This document shows positions 49,145-59,435 of a stretch of DNA of 64,000 nucleotides, in pieces (position 1 is the first letter of the stretch; each line of letters starts with the position of its first letter). The stretch is taken from the NCBI GenBank assembly GCA_041483195.1, contig JBGPFC010000003.1, positions 64,001-128,000 on the forward strand, given 5' to 3'. This DNA is from Candidatus Eiseniibacteriota bacterium. Its GTDB lineage: Bacteria > Eisenbacteria > RBG-16-71-46. A model generated the notes under the pieces. It was not told the DNA's origin, did not search any database, and saw only the letters and a program-made list of their open reading frames with translations. The position numbers were made by a program, and so were the translations under genes.

Positions 49145-51202
49145 ATGAACACGCGCTTCCTGATGGCCGCCGTGCTCGCGCTCGTGCTCGCGGCATCGAC
49201 CGCAATCGCACAGACGCCGGGCCCGAATCCCAAGTTCATGGACACCACCTGCCAGCCGTGCAAGGACTTCTACCGCTACGCCAACGGCGCGTGGATGGAC
49301 ACCGCCAGCATTCCGCCCTCGTACAACGGCATCGGCGCCGGGCGCGAGATCGCGGATCGCAATCAGGAGGTGCTGCACCAGGTTCTCGATCAGACCGCGG
49401 CGGGCGCCGCGACCGAGAAGGATCCGACCATCAAGAAGCTCGGCATCTTCTACTCGGTGCTGATGGATTCGGCGCGCGCCGACCGCGAGGGCGCGGCCCC
49501 GCTCGCCGCGGAGCTCAAGCGCATCGAAGCGATCAAGACGCGCGAGGATCTGCGCGCCGCCTTCGCGCGCACGGGGTTCAACGGGGTGGGCGGAGGATTC
49601 GGCGGCGCCGGCACGCCGTTCCACATCGGACCCGAAGCCGACCCCGGTCAGAGCACCATGAACATCGGCCAGCTCTTCCAGGGCGGGCTCGGATTGCCCG
49701 AGCGCGACTACTACTTCCGCAAGGACCCCAAGTCCGATTCGCTGCGGCGCGAGTACGTCGCGCACGCGACGCGCACCCTCCAGCTGCTGGGCGATGCGCC
49801 GGCGGCGGCGGCGGCGAGCGCCGACGCGATCTTGAAGCTCGAGACCGCGCTCGCGGAATCCTCGATGCGGCGGGTGGAGATGCGGGACCCGCACGCGCTC
49901 TACCACAAGATGTCGGTCAAGGAGCTGGGCGCGATCTGCCCCGCGGTGGACTGGCCGGCCTACTTCGACGAGATCGGCGTTCCGGCGCTCGACGGTCCCA
50001 CCGCGATGGTGGACGTATCGCAGCCGGCGTTCATGCGGCAGGTGAGCCACCTGATCGAGACCACGCCGCTCGAGACCTGGCGCGCCTACCTTCGATTCCA
50101 CACCGCCCGCACGGCGTCCCAATGGCTGAGCCAGCCCTTCTTCGACGAGTCGTTCACGTTCCTGTCCAAGCTCACCGGCCAGAAGACCGCCCAGCCGCGC
50201 TGGAAGCGCGCGTCGGGAGCCGTGGACCGCGCGATGGGCGAGGCGCTGGGCAAGGCCTACGTCGCGCGCGCGTTCCCCCCGGCTTCGAAGGCGCGCATGG
50301 TCGAGCTCGTGAACAATCTCCAGGCCACGCTCCACGAGCGCATCGACTCGCGCACCTGGATGAGCGCGGCCACCAAGAAGCAGGCGGACATCAAGCTCGC
50401 CGCGGTGCTCAAGAAGATCGGCTACCCCGACACGTGGCGCGACTACACGAAGCTCGAGATCGACGCTTCGGCCTCCGGCGCCGAGCTGCTCCGCCGTGGG
50501 CTCGAATTCGAGCAGAAGCGCCAGCTCGCGCAGATCGGCAAGCCGGTCGATCGCATGGAGTGGGGCATGTCGCCGCCCACCGTGAACGCGTACTACAACC
50601 CGTCGATCAACGAGATCGTCTTCCCCGCCGGCATCCTGCAGCCGCCGCAGTTCGATCCGCGCGCGGACGACGCCGTGAACTACGGCGCGATCGGCATGGT
50701 CATCGGGCACGAGATGACGCACGGCTTCGACGACGAGGGACGGCAGTACGACTCGGTGGGGAACCTGAAAGACTGGTGGACCGACGAGGACGCGAAGAAG
50801 TTCACGGAGAAGGCGCAGCGCGTGGTCGACCAGTTCAACGGCTACGTCGCGACCGACACGCTGCACGTGAACGGCAAGCTCACGCTCGGCGAGAACATCG
50901 CCGACCTGGGCGGCATCACGATCGCCTACTACGCCTACCAGCGCTCGCTCCACGGCAACCCCGCCCCCGTCATCGGCGGGCTCACCGGCGACCAGCGCTT
51001 CTTCCTCGGCTACGCGCAGGGGTGGCGCCGCAAGCTGCGGCCCGAGCTGCTGCGGCTCGCCACGCTCGGCGACGAGCATTCGCCCGCGGAATGGCGCGTG
51101 GACGGCCCGCTCTCGAACATGAAGGAGTTCGCGAAGGCCTTCGGGTGCAAGGCCGGCGACGCGATGGTGCGTGACGAGGACGTGCGCGCCGAGATCTGGT
51201 GA
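49145..51202 (+). CDS. M13 family metalloendopeptidase (neprilysin/PepO-like)
   Basis: PCKDFYRYANG, GLGLPERDYY, KIGYPD, VNAYY, IGHEMTHGFD, GENIADLGG; signal peptide. Confidence 0.96.
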   Translation: MNTRFLMAAVLALVLAASTAIAQTPGPNPKFMDTTCQPCKDFYRYANGAWMDTASIPPSYNGIGAGREIADRNQEVLHQVLDQTAAGAATEKDPTIKKLGIFYSVLMDSARADREGAAPLAAELKRIEAIKTREDLRAAFARTGFNGVGGGFGGAGTPFHIGPEADPGQSTMNIGQLFQGGLGLPERDYYFRKDPKSDSLRREYVAHATRTLQLLGDAPAAAAASADAILKLETALAESSMRRVEMRDPHALYHKMSVKELGAICPAVDWPAYFDEIGVPALDGPTAMVDVSQPAFMRQVSHLIETTPLETWRAYLRFHTARTASQWLSQPFFDESFTFLSKLTGQKTAQPRWKRASGAVDRAMGEALGKAYVARAFPPASKARMVELVNNLQATLHERIDSRTWMSAATKKQADIKLAAVLKKIGYPDTWRDYTKLEIDASASGAELLRRGLEFEQKRQLAQIGKPVDRMEWGMSPPTVNAYYNPSINEIVFPAGILQPPQFDPRADDAVNYGAIGMVIGHEMTHGFDDEGRQYDSVGNLKDWWTDEDAKKFTEKAQRVVDQFNGYVATDTLHVNGKLTLGENIADLGGITIAYYAYQRSLHGNPAPVIGGLTGDQRFFLGYAQGWRRKLRPELLRLATLGDEHSPAEWRVDGPLSNMKEFAKAFGCKAGDAMVRDEDVRAEIW

Positions 51203-52776
51203 TGCCGGAGGGCGCACCGTCGTCGGCTGATATGCGGGCGCCCGAATATCAATCGGGCGCCCGCGCCGACGGCATGCTGCTGGGCTTCGCGCTCGCGCAG
51301 CTCGCCCTGCTGCTCGCGTTCGTCACGCGCTACGGCTGGTTCCGCGACGAGTTCTACTACGTCGTCTGCGCGCGGCACCCGGCGGCGGGCTACGTGGACC
51401 AGCCGCCGCTCTCGATCCTGATCCTCGCGGTGGTGAGGGCGCTGGCGGGTGAATCGCTGGTCGCGATCCGGCTGCTCCCCGCCCTCGCCGGGGCGGCCAC
51501 CGTGTTCATGACCGGGCGCATCGCGCGCGCGCTGGGCGGCGGCCGCTTCGCCCAGGCGATGGCCGCGTGCGCCGCGCTGCTCGCCCCGGTGGTCCTCGCC
51601 GAGAGCCACTACTACTCGATGAACGCGTTCGATCTCCTGATCTGGACGCTCGCGGGGTGGCTCACGCTGCGCATCGCGAGCGCGGCGGCGCCCCGCGACT
51701 GGCTCGCGCTCGGGGCGGTGCTCGGGCTCGGGCTCCTCAACAAGGTGAGCGTGCTGTGGCTGATCGCGGGGCTCTTCGCCGGGATGCTGGCCGGGCCGCA
51801 GCGCGCGCAGCTGGGAACGCGCTGGCCGTGGATCGTGGCCGCGATCGCGGCGCTGCTGTTCGCGCCCCACCTCGCGTGGCAGATCGCGCACGGGTGGCCG
51901 ACGCTCGAGTTCATGCGAAACGCGGCCGGCCGCAAGATGGTGGAGGTGAGCCTCTCGGGATTCTGGCGCAACCAGGTGCGCATGATGAGTCCGATCACGG
52001 TTCTGCTCTGGCTGCCCGGGCTGATCTGGCTACTGTTCGCGCGCGCCGCGCGGCCGGGACGAGCGCTCGGCGTGATGTACGCGGTGGTCGCGACGCTCCT
52101 GATCGCCGCGGGGCGCAGCCGCGCCTCCTATCTCGCCCCGGCGTATCCCGCGCTGCTCGCGGGCGGCGCGATCGCGCTCGAGCGCTGGCTCTATGCGCGG
52201 CGCTGGAACGCGCTGCGCGTGCCGGCGCTGGTGCTGCTGATCGCGCTGGAGGCGCCGATCGTGCCGTTCGCGCTCCCGGTGCTCAAGGTGGAGAGCTACG
52301 TGCGTTACGCGCACGCGCTCGGGATCGGACCATCGACCGAGGAGCATCAGCGCATGGGTTCGCTCCCCCAGCAGTACGCGGACATGTTCGGGTGGGAGGA
52401 ACTCGTCTCCGAGGTGGAGAAGGCGTACCGCGCGCTGCCGGCGGACGAGCGCGCGCGCTGCTCGATCTTCGCGCAGAACTACGGCGAGGCGGGCGCGATC
52501 AGCGTGCTCGGCCGCGCGCGCGGCCTGCCGCCCGCGATGTCCGGCCACAACAACTTCTGGCTGTGGGGCCCGGCCGGCCCGGGCGACGGATCCGTGATGA
52601 TCGTGGTGGGCGGCGATCGGGACGACAACGAGCAGGTGTTCGAGCGTCTCGAGCGCGTCGGCACCGTGCGCTCGACCTACGCGATGCCATACGAGCAGGA
52701 CATGCCGGTCTACGTGGGGCGAGGGCTCAGGATTCCGGTCGCGAAATTGTGGCCGGGGCTGAAGCGCTACATCTAG
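51202..52776 (+). CDS. Glycosyltransferase family 39 (PMT/ArnT-like GT-C)
   Basis: FRDEFYY, GYVDQPPL, GLGLLNK, PHLAWQ..HGWP.LEF, NYGEAGA, SGHNNFWLWGP; TGATG overlap with the M13 stop. Confidence 0.88.
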   Translation: MPEGAPSSADMRAPEYQSGARADGMLLGFALAQLALLLAFVTRYGWFRDEFYYVVCARHPAAGYVDQPPLSILILAVVRALAGESLVAIRLLPALAGAATVFMTGRIARALGGGRFAQAMAACAALLAPVVLAESHYYSMNAFDLLIWTLAGWLTLRIASAAAPRDWLALGAVLGLGLLNKVSVLWLIAGLFAGMLAGPQRAQLGTRWPWIVAAIAALLFAPHLAWQIAHGWPTLEFMRNAAGRKMVEVSLSGFWRNQVRMMSPITVLLWLPGLIWLLFARAARPGRALGVMYAVVATLLIAAGRSRASYLAPAYPALLAGGAIALERWLYARRWNALRVPALVLLIALEAPIVPFALPVLKVESYVRYAHALGIGPSTEEHQRMGSLPQQYADMFGWEELVSEVEKAYRALPADERARCSIFAQNYGEAGAISVLGRARGLPPAMSGHNNFWLWGPAGPGDGSVMIVVGGDRDDNEQVFERLERVGTVRSTYAMPYEQDMPVYVGRGLRIPVAKLWPGLKRYI

Positions 52777-52968
52777 TACGGAGGCGTCGCGCAGGCGGCG
52801 ACCTGTCGAGAGTCAACACAACATTCGCGCCGAAATTCAGGGACCTCGAGCGGCCCACCCGCTTCGGCAACGGGCCAAGTTGATTTCGCGGGGTTTCCCG
52901 ACTCTCCGAGTCGCGCCATCCGCCCCGATTCGTTTCCTCATTCCTGATCTCAGCGTGTACTACTTATC

Positions 52969-53033
52969 TTGACGGCACATCGACTGAGTTTCAGACTCAA
53001 TCTTATGAATCAGGCGTGAAGGTTTTCTTCACG
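52969..53033 (+). promoter_or_regulatory. Putative promoter with two inverted repeats upstream of the Asp-box gene
   Basis: TTGACG-N17-CAGACT; TGAGT-N5-ACTCA (52985-52999); CGTGAAG-N5-CTTCACG (53015-53033); visibly AT-rich. Confidence 0.35.
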
Positions 53034-53103
53034 AGGCTCAGTTTCGGCGGACCAATCGGGCCGCGATCCGCGACTAGGAACCTCATTTACAGCCGGGGCC
53101 TTT

Positions 53104-55455
53104 GTGAGCCGCACTCTCGCCACGATGATCCTCGCCCTCGGCCTCGCATCGGCAGTCGGTGCGGATCCGATTGGTCCCGATGTTCGTGTCAGTCCGATCG
53201 CTGGGGCGCAGAACGAGCCCGACATCGCGGTGTTCGGCAACTCGGCGGTCGCGGTCTGGTACCGGCCGCCTGCCGGCTACAACGTCGGCTGGGGCTATTC
53301 GCTCGACGGCGGACTGACGTGGGTGGACGGGGGGCTACTCCCCGGCGACTTCGCCACCGGGACAGTTGCCGGATTCCCAACCATATGTGTGGACAACGCG
53401 GGCCGCTTCTATGCGGCGGCCTTCCTGAGCCGAAACGAGGGCTGCGGCCTCGGGGTGTGGCGGGGCTCGTTTCAAGGTCCGAGCTTTCAGTGGAGCGCGG
53501 CGGTCTCGGCCATCCCGCTCGAGCTTAACGGCACCGCGGGCTTGAGCTTTCCCCACGACGCGCCATACCTCACGTGTGACCCGGTGCGGGGCTACCTCTA
53601 CCTTACCTACACCCGCACGCCTGCACAGCAAACGTACATACCCTGTTTCGTGCGCTCGCCGGATGGCGGGCTGACGTGGAGCGCGCCGCTGACGCTGGGC
53701 TCGAGCCTCTGCAATGGGGTGCGCTCGGCGGTGGGCCCGGACGGCGAGCTGTACGTAGTGTGGGAGGATTACGGGACCGGGCAGATGGTGGGGCGCAAGT
53801 CCACCAACTTCGGCGCCAGCTTCGGCCCGCAGTTCGTGCTCGCCACGATCAACGACAATCTCAACATGGCGCCGCCGGGATGGCTGGCCCCCCCCCGCTA
53901 CAATCCGGCCCATCCCGAGATCGGCAACACGCCCCCGAACTTTCCCTCGATCACGGTGGATCGCAGTGCGGGTCCTTACCGCGGCCGGGTCTACGTGACC
54001 TGGACCGAGTACGCCGCGGGAACGGTGGGGCCCGGCACCGGCAGCATGACGGATGTGGAGCCCAACGACTTCTTCGCCAACGCCACCCCGGTCGAGATCG
54101 GCCAGGACGTGGTCCACTTCGTCCCCGACAGCCATCGCCAGGGGGCGAGCAACCCCGGGTGGTTCACCTTCACCGGCACCGCGGGCACGACGCTGTGGGT
54201 CACCGGCGAGATCACCTCCTTCGCTCCGAGCCCGATCTGTCCGGCGGGGTACCTCTTCTTTCTCTACTGCGGCGAGGACAGCACCCATCTGGTGCGCTTC
54301 GGCAGCCCGATCGTGATGAAGCCGTACTGGCTCCCACCACCGCCGCCGCTGATCTGGACGCTGCCCCGCACCGGGCGCTACTGGTTCAACCCGGGGGGCA
54401 GCTACTGCTCCGACCTGACCATCGCGATCCACCTGCGCACCTTCACCCCCTTCCCGGTGCCGCGGGCGCGCGATCACCGCGACGTGATGCTGGTCGCCTC
54501 CGCCGACGGGGGTGCGAGCTGGTCCGCGCAGCGGCGGGTCAACGACGCGCCGCCGCGCTTCGATGAGTGCTTCCCGGGTGTGGCGGTGGACGAGCTGGGC
54601 CAGGTGCACGTGGCGTGGTACGACCGGCGCGACGATCCTGACTGTGGCACGCAGGTGCAAACTTACTGGGCGGTGTCGCGCGATGGCGGCGGGAGCTTCT
54701 ATCCCTCGCGGCGGCTGAGCAGCCACGCGAGCGACTGGACCTGCTACGTGACGAGACCCAACATCGGCGACCATCTGGCGGTGCGCGCCGCGGGGAGCCG
54801 GGTGTACGTGCTGTGGACCCAGGCCAACTGCCCGGACAGCGTGGACATCCGCGGGGTGCGGATCGCAGGGGATGACCCGACCGGGATCGCGGTGTCCGAG
54901 TTCCGTGCCGACGCCGGAGGCGATCGGGTACGCCTCTCGTGGCGGGTGGGCGATGGCCGCGGGATCACGGGCTTCCGCGTGGAGCGCGCCACCGGAGTTG
55001 GATCGTTCGCGCCTCTCAGTGTGGAGCTGGTCCCGCTCGATGGCCGCGCGGAGTACGTGGTCGAGGATCCGAGCGCGGAGCGCGGAGGACATTACCGCTA
55101 CCGACTCGCGGTGGTCTATGCGGACGGCAGCGTTAGCTACATCGGCCCGATCGAGATCGAGCTCGGCGTGAATCCCTCCCGTCTCGGCTGGGTGCGCGCA
55201 ACTCCGAGCCCGTTCATCGGGAGCGCTCAGTTCACGCTCGCGGTGCCGCGGGCGGGAGAAGTCGAGGTCGAGGTCTACGATCTGATGGGGCATGGGGTGG
55301 CGACGCTCACGCGCGACGCGGGCGCACCCGGGCCAATGGTGCTGAGCTGGGACGGACGCGATCGCGCCGGCCGGCCCACCGCGCCCGGGATCTATCTGCT
55401 GCGCGCCCGACTCGGGAAGGAGGTTGCCCTGCTGCGAACCGTTCAGTTGCGTTAG
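53104..55455 (+). CDS. Secreted BNR/Asp-box (sialidase-like) beta-propeller with a PPC-like insert and FlgD-Ig/T9SS-like C-terminal domain
   Basis: Five Asp boxes (YSLDGGLTW, RSPDGGLTW, KSTNFGASF, ASADGGASW, VSRDGGGSF); DVEPND insert; C-terminal PSPF..VYDLMG..WDGRD..G...PGIY. Confidence 0.85.
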   Translation: MSRTLATMILALGLASAVGADPIGPDVRVSPIAGAQNEPDIAVFGNSAVAVWYRPPAGYNVGWGYSLDGGLTWVDGGLLPGDFATGTVAGFPTICVDNAGRFYAAAFLSRNEGCGLGVWRGSFQGPSFQWSAAVSAIPLELNGTAGLSFPHDAPYLTCDPVRGYLYLTYTRTPAQQTYIPCFVRSPDGGLTWSAPLTLGSSLCNGVRSAVGPDGELYVVWEDYGTGQMVGRKSTNFGASFGPQFVLATINDNLNMAPPGWLAPPRYNPAHPEIGNTPPNFPSITVDRSAGPYRGRVYVTWTEYAAGTVGPGTGSMTDVEPNDFFANATPVEIGQDVVHFVPDSHRQGASNPGWFTFTGTAGTTLWVTGEITSFAPSPICPAGYLFFLYCGEDSTHLVRFGSPIVMKPYWLPPPPPLIWTLPRTGRYWFNPGGSYCSDLTIAIHLRTFTPFPVPRARDHRDVMLVASADGGASWSAQRRVNDAPPRFDECFPGVAVDELGQVHVAWYDRRDDPDCGTQVQTYWAVSRDGGGSFYPSRRLSSHASDWTCYVTRPNIGDHLAVRAAGSRVYVLWTQANCPDSVDIRGVRIAGDDPTGIAVSEFRADAGGDRVRLSWRVGDGRGITGFRVERATGVGSFAPLSVELVPLDGRAEYVVEDPSAERGGHYRYRLAVVYADGSVSYIGPIEIELGVNPSRLGWVRATPSPFIGSAQFTLAVPRAGEVEVEVYDLMGHGVATLTRDAGAPGPMVLSWDGRDRAGRPTAPGIYLLRARLGKEVALLRTVQLR

Positions 55456-55499
55456 CGTTTCGCTCCCACGCATGAACCTGCTGCATGCTTCCGCTTCAT

Positions 55500-56579
55500 C
55501 TAGCCCGACCGCGGCGCGAGCGGCCGATCCTTGAGCGCCAGCATCGGCGACTCCAGCAGATGCCACGACGCGATCGCCAGCACCAGCGTGAGGATCCCGG
55601 CGATCGCGGAGAGCGCGAGCTGTGACGATCCGGGCCGGAACGTCATCACGCATTGCTGGACCGGAAACGCCCAGAGGTAGTAGCCGTACGAGTAGTCGCC
55701 GAGCGCGTTGTAGCGGCGCACGAGTCCGCCCGGCACGTACGCCAGGTAGAACACGACGTACGGCAGCGTGAGCACGTAGAGCACCATCAGCCCGCGGCCG
55801 AACACGGAGCCGAGCGCGAGCAGCACGCACGCGACCAGGAACGGCGGCAGCGCGAGCGGCACGCGCTCTCGAAACACGTAGGCGGCCGCGCCAACGAAGA
55901 ACAACGCCGTGAGCCTCAGCCCCTGCACCACGGCGAAGGCGTGGGACAGCTCGAAGGTCTCGTTCACCGCGTAGCCGAGCGTCGCGCAGGCGGCGATCGC
56001 CACCAGCGCCCACGTCAGCCGCCGGCGATCGAGGAGCGCCGGCCGCATGAACGCGATCGCACCGAGCACGCTCAGCATCGCGTACATCGTCAGCTCCCAT
56101 GGCAGCGACCAGAGCGAGCCGTTGACCACGGCGTGCACCGGCAGGCGCTCGAATACGCCGGGCAGCGTGTACTGAACGCCCCATGGCCAGGCGGTCGCGT
56201 TCTGCGCGGCGTAGCGCCATGGCTCGATCCCGCCGAAGTAGGCCCCGCGCCCGAGGCGCGTCATCAGCGGCCCGATCAGGAACGCGCAGCCCACGGCGTT
56301 GGCGGTGAGCGCCGGATAGATACGCAGCGCCCGGGCGCGCAGGAACGAGCGTAGCCGCGACTTCGAGAGCAGGCTCCCGGTGACGAGGAAGCCGCTGATC
56401 ACGAAGAACACGTCGACGCCGAGATGGCCGAGCGAGAAGCCGGCGACGCGCTCGAGCGGCTCGCCCGGCGTTCCCGAGAGCGGGAACGAATGGCTGTAGA
56501 GCACGAGGGTCGCCGCGAGAAAACGGATCAGATTGAAGTTGTTGTCGCGGCCCCCGAATCGGGACAACGGGATCGCCAT
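55500..56579 (-). CDS. Acyltransferase-3 (OafA-like) membrane O-acyltransferase
   Basis: NNFNLIRFLAA..V..SH, VDVFFVISGFL, RALRIYP, NGSLWSL.WE, GDYSYG.YL..FP, SWHLLE. Confidence 0.92.
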   Translation of the reverse strand: MAIPLSRFGGRDNNFNLIRFLAATLVLYSHSFPLSGTPGEPLERVAGFSLGHLGVDVFFVISGFLVTGSLLSKSRLRSFLRARALRIYPALTANAVGCAFLIGPLMTRLGRGAYFGGIEPWRYAAQNATAWPWGVQYTLPGVFERLPVHAVVNGSLWSLPWELTMYAMLSVLGAIAFMRPALLDRRRLTWALVAIAACATLGYAVNETFELSHAFAVVQGLRLTALFFVGAAAYVFRERVPLALPPFLVACVLLALGSVFGRGLMVLYVLTLPYVVFYLAYVPGGLVRRYNALGDYSYGYYLWAFPVQQCVMTFRPGSSQLALSAIAGILTLVLAIASWHLLESPMLALKDRPLAPRSG

Positions 56580-56600
56580 GGCGTCCTCGGAGGAATGGAA

Positions 56601-56630
56601 GCGGGCGCTCGCGCGTTCGCGAGCGCCCGC
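56601..56630 (-). terminator. 13-bp hairpin between icd and the acyltransferase gene
   Basis: GCGGGCGCTCGCG-cgtt-CGCGAGCGCCCGC, followed by TTCCATT on the minus strand. Confidence 0.5.
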
Positions 56631-56656
56631 GTCGTCGTGCGCCGTCGCGTCTTATT

Positions 56657-57910
56657 CTATCGCGACCAGGCCGCCGCTTCGACCTTGGTGCGCAGACGGT
56701 CGGCGATCGCCTCGATGAATCCCTGCGTGGTCACGTGGGTCGGGATTCGCGGCTCCGCGATGCCCGCGAGATCCTTGGTCACCACGTTCGACTCGATGGT
56801 CTCGATCACCGCCGCCTCGAGGTTGCGCGCGAACTCGACGAGCTCCGGGGTGCCGTCCAGCTCGCCGCGCTTCGCGATCGCGCCGGTCCACGCGAAGATG
56901 GACGCCGTCGAGTTGGTCGACGTCGACTCGCCGCGCTGGTGCTTGCGGTAGTGCTTGGTGACCGTGCCGTGCGCGGCCTCGTACTCGTAGAGCCCGTCGG
57001 GCGTCACCAGCACCGAGGTCATGAGGCCCAGGCTCCCGAAGCCCGACGCCACCATGTCGCTCATCACGTCGCCGTCGTAGTTCATGCACGCCCACAGGAA
57101 CCCGCCCGAGTGGCGCACCACGCGCGCGACCGCGTCGTCGATCAAGAGGTAGGTGTAGGTGATGCCGGCCTTCTCGAGGTCGGCGCGCCGCGCCTCGGTC
57201 TCCTGGCGGAAGATCTCGCGGAAGGTGCCGTGATAGATCTTGGCGATCGTGTCCTTGGCGCTGAACCAGAGGTCCATGCGCTCCGCGAGCGCGTAGTGGA
57301 TGCAGGCGCGCGCGAAGGAGCGGATCGAAGACTCGAGGTTGTGCACGCCGCGCGCGATACCGGGGCCCTTGAACTCGTGGATCACGACCGACTGCGGCGG
57401 CCCGCCGCCCGCCGGCGTGTACACCATGTCCACCCGTCCCGGGCCGGGGATCCGGAGCTCGGCGCTGCGGTAGAGATCGCCGTACGCGTGACGGCCGATC
57501 ACGATCGGCTTGACCCAGGTGCGGATCGTGGGCGGCACGTTCTTCACGAGCAGGGGCTTGCGGAACACCGTGCCGTCGAGCGCCCCGCGAATCGTGCCGT
57601 TGGGGCTCGGCCACGCCTTCTTGAGGTGATACTCCTCGACCCGCGCGGTGTCCGGGGTGATCGTCGCGCACTTCACGCCAACGCCGTGGCGGCGAATCGC
57701 CTCGGCCGCCTGCATCGTGACCGCGTCGTCGGTGCGGTCGCGCTCCGAAACGTGCAGGTCGTAGTATTCTAGCTTGAGCTCGGCGAACGGATCGATGAGT
57801 TGTTCCTTGATCATCGCCCAGATCACACGCGTCATCTCGTCGCCGTCCATCTCGACGATCGTATTTTTCGCTTTCACCTTGTGAATGGCAGAATCCCCCG
57901 CGTTGAACAT
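56657..57910 (-). CDS. icd: NADP-dependent isocitrate dehydrogenase (eukaryotic-like dimeric type)
   Basis: [54 protein letters not shown]. Confidence 0.96.
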   Translation of the reverse strand: MFNAGDSAIHKVKAKNTIVEMDGDEMTRVIWAMIKEQLIDPFAELKLEYYDLHVSERDRTDDAVTMQAAEAIRRHGVGVKCATITPDTARVEEYHLKKAWPSPNGTIRGALDGTVFRKPLLVKNVPPTIRTWVKPIVIGRHAYGDLYRSAELRIPGPGRVDMVYTPAGGGPPQSVVIHEFKGPGIARGVHNLESSIRSFARACIHYALAERMDLWFSAKDTIAKIYHGTFREIFRQETEARRADLEKAGITYTYLLIDDAVARVVRHSGGFLWACMNYDGDVMSDMVASGFGSLGLMTSVLVTPDGLYEYEAAHGTVTKHYRKHQRGESTSTNSTASIFAWTGAIAKRGELDGTPELVEFARNLEAAVIETIESNVVTKDLAGIAEPRIPTHVTTQGFIEAIADRLRTKVEAAAWSR

Positions 57911-58204
57911 CGCGCCACCCCCCTCATGCCGGCCACCGCCACCCCGACGAGTCCCATCAACGTTAGCAGATGCGCCGCCACGCCCGCGAATGCGCGGTGC
58001 GCGCGCGTCGTTAGCGCTCCCGCGCCACGATTCGCGCGCCCGCCGGAACGCGCGAAACCACCTGACAATCGCGGCCACGTTCTGACACACTGGCAGGCGA
58101 AATGCCGTCCGCGGCCGTACAATTGGCCGGTGCCACGCGCGTGGTTCGCACGCAAATCGCCGCGCCGGGCCGCCGCGCGCCGTCGCGGCGGCCCGCGAGC
58201 GTCG

Positions 58205-58220
58205 CGGCACGCGTGGTGCA
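58205..58220 (+). promoter_or_regulatory. Possible sigma54 promoter upstream of pntA
   Basis: CGGCACGCGTGGTGCA gives GG-N10-GC with a GGCACG core, ending 66 nt before the pntA ATG. Confidence 0.35.
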
Positions 58221-58286
58221 ATGTATGGACCACGATCCGGCGGCCCGGTTGCAAGTCGTGGTCCGCGCTGCTAGAAGAGGAGCGAA

Positions 58287-59435
58287 ATGCGCATCGCCGT
58301 ACCCCGTGAAATCACGCCCCGCGAGACCCGCGTGGCACTGGTTCCTGAAACCGTCGCCCGGCTCATCAAGTCGGGCTTCGAAGTGCTGGTCGAGAGTGGC
58401 GCCGGCGCGCTCTCGTCGTTCCCAGACGAGGCGTATCGCGAGGCGGGCGCGAGCATCGCCCCCAACGAGGCCGCCGCGCTCGCCTCGGCGGACCTCGTGG
58501 TCAAGGTGCGCGAGCCGATCGCGATCCCGGCGGGCGGACACGAGGCCGATCTGGTGCGCGAGGGCGCCGTGCTCATCGCGTTCCTCGGCCGCGACAAGAA
58601 CTCAGACGCCGCGACCCGGCTCGCCGCGCGCGGCGTGCGTGCGTTCTCCATGGAGATGGTGCCGCGCATCTCGCGCGCCCAGAAGATGGACGCGCTCTCC
58701 TCCATGAGCACGGTGGCCGGCTACAAGGCTGCGCTGCTCGGCGCGAACGCGCTCGGCCGCTTCTACCCGCTGCTCATGACCGCCGCCGGCACGATCGCCC
58801 CCGCTCACGTGTTCGTGCTGGGCGCTGGGGTCGCGGGACTCCAGGCGATCGCGACCAGCCGCCGTCTGGGCGCGGTGGTCGAAGCCTTCGACGTGCGCCC
58901 CGCGGTGCGCGAGGAAGTGCAGAGCCTGGGCGGGACGTTCATCGCGGCCGAGCTGGTGAGCGAATCCGCCGTGGACAAGGGCGGCTACGCGAAGGCGCTC
59001 GGCGCCGATCAGGAAGAACGCGTGCGCCAGGTGATCGCCGAACACTTGAAGCACACCGACGTCGCGATCACCACCGCGATGATCCCGGGACGCAAGGCCC
59101 CGGTGATGATCACCGCCGCGATGGTGAAGGACATGAAGCCGGGCTCCGCCATCGTCGACATCGCCGCCGACATGGGCGGCAACTGCGAGCTGACCCGGCC
59201 CGGGGAGACCATCGTGGTGAACGGCGTGAGCGTCTTGGGGCCGCTCAACCTCGCGGCGAGCCTGCCCACCCACGCGAGCCAGATGTACTCGCGCAACGTC
59301 GCGGCGCTGGTGGTCCACCTGGCGAAGGACGGCAAGCTCAACCTCGACTTCGCCGACGAGATCACGCGCGAGAGCTGCATCACCGGCGCCCCGCAGCCCG
59401 CGCCCGAGATGGCCGCGGCCCGGAGCGGCGCGTGA
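58287..59435 (+). CDS. pntA: NAD(P) transhydrogenase subunit alpha, part 1 (domain I)
   Basis: ETRVALVPE, PRISRAQKMDALSSM, GAGVAGLQAIATSRRLGA, GGYAK, GGNCELT. Confidence 0.96.
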   Translation: MRIAVPREITPRETRVALVPETVARLIKSGFEVLVESGAGALSSFPDEAYREAGASIAPNEAAALASADLVVKVREPIAIPAGGHEADLVREGAVLIAFLGRDKNSDAATRLAARGVRAFSMEMVPRISRAQKMDALSSMSTVAGYKAALLGANALGRFYPLLMTAAGTIAPAHVFVLGAGVAGLQAIATSRRLGAVVEAFDVRPAVREEVQSLGGTFIAAELVSESAVDKGGYAKALGADQEERVRQVIAEHLKHTDVAITTAMIPGRKAPVMITAAMVKDMKPGSAIVDIAADMGGNCELTRPGETIVVNGVSVLGPLNLAASLPTHASQMYSRNVAALVVHLAKDGKLNLDFADEITRESCITGAPQPAPEMAAARSGA

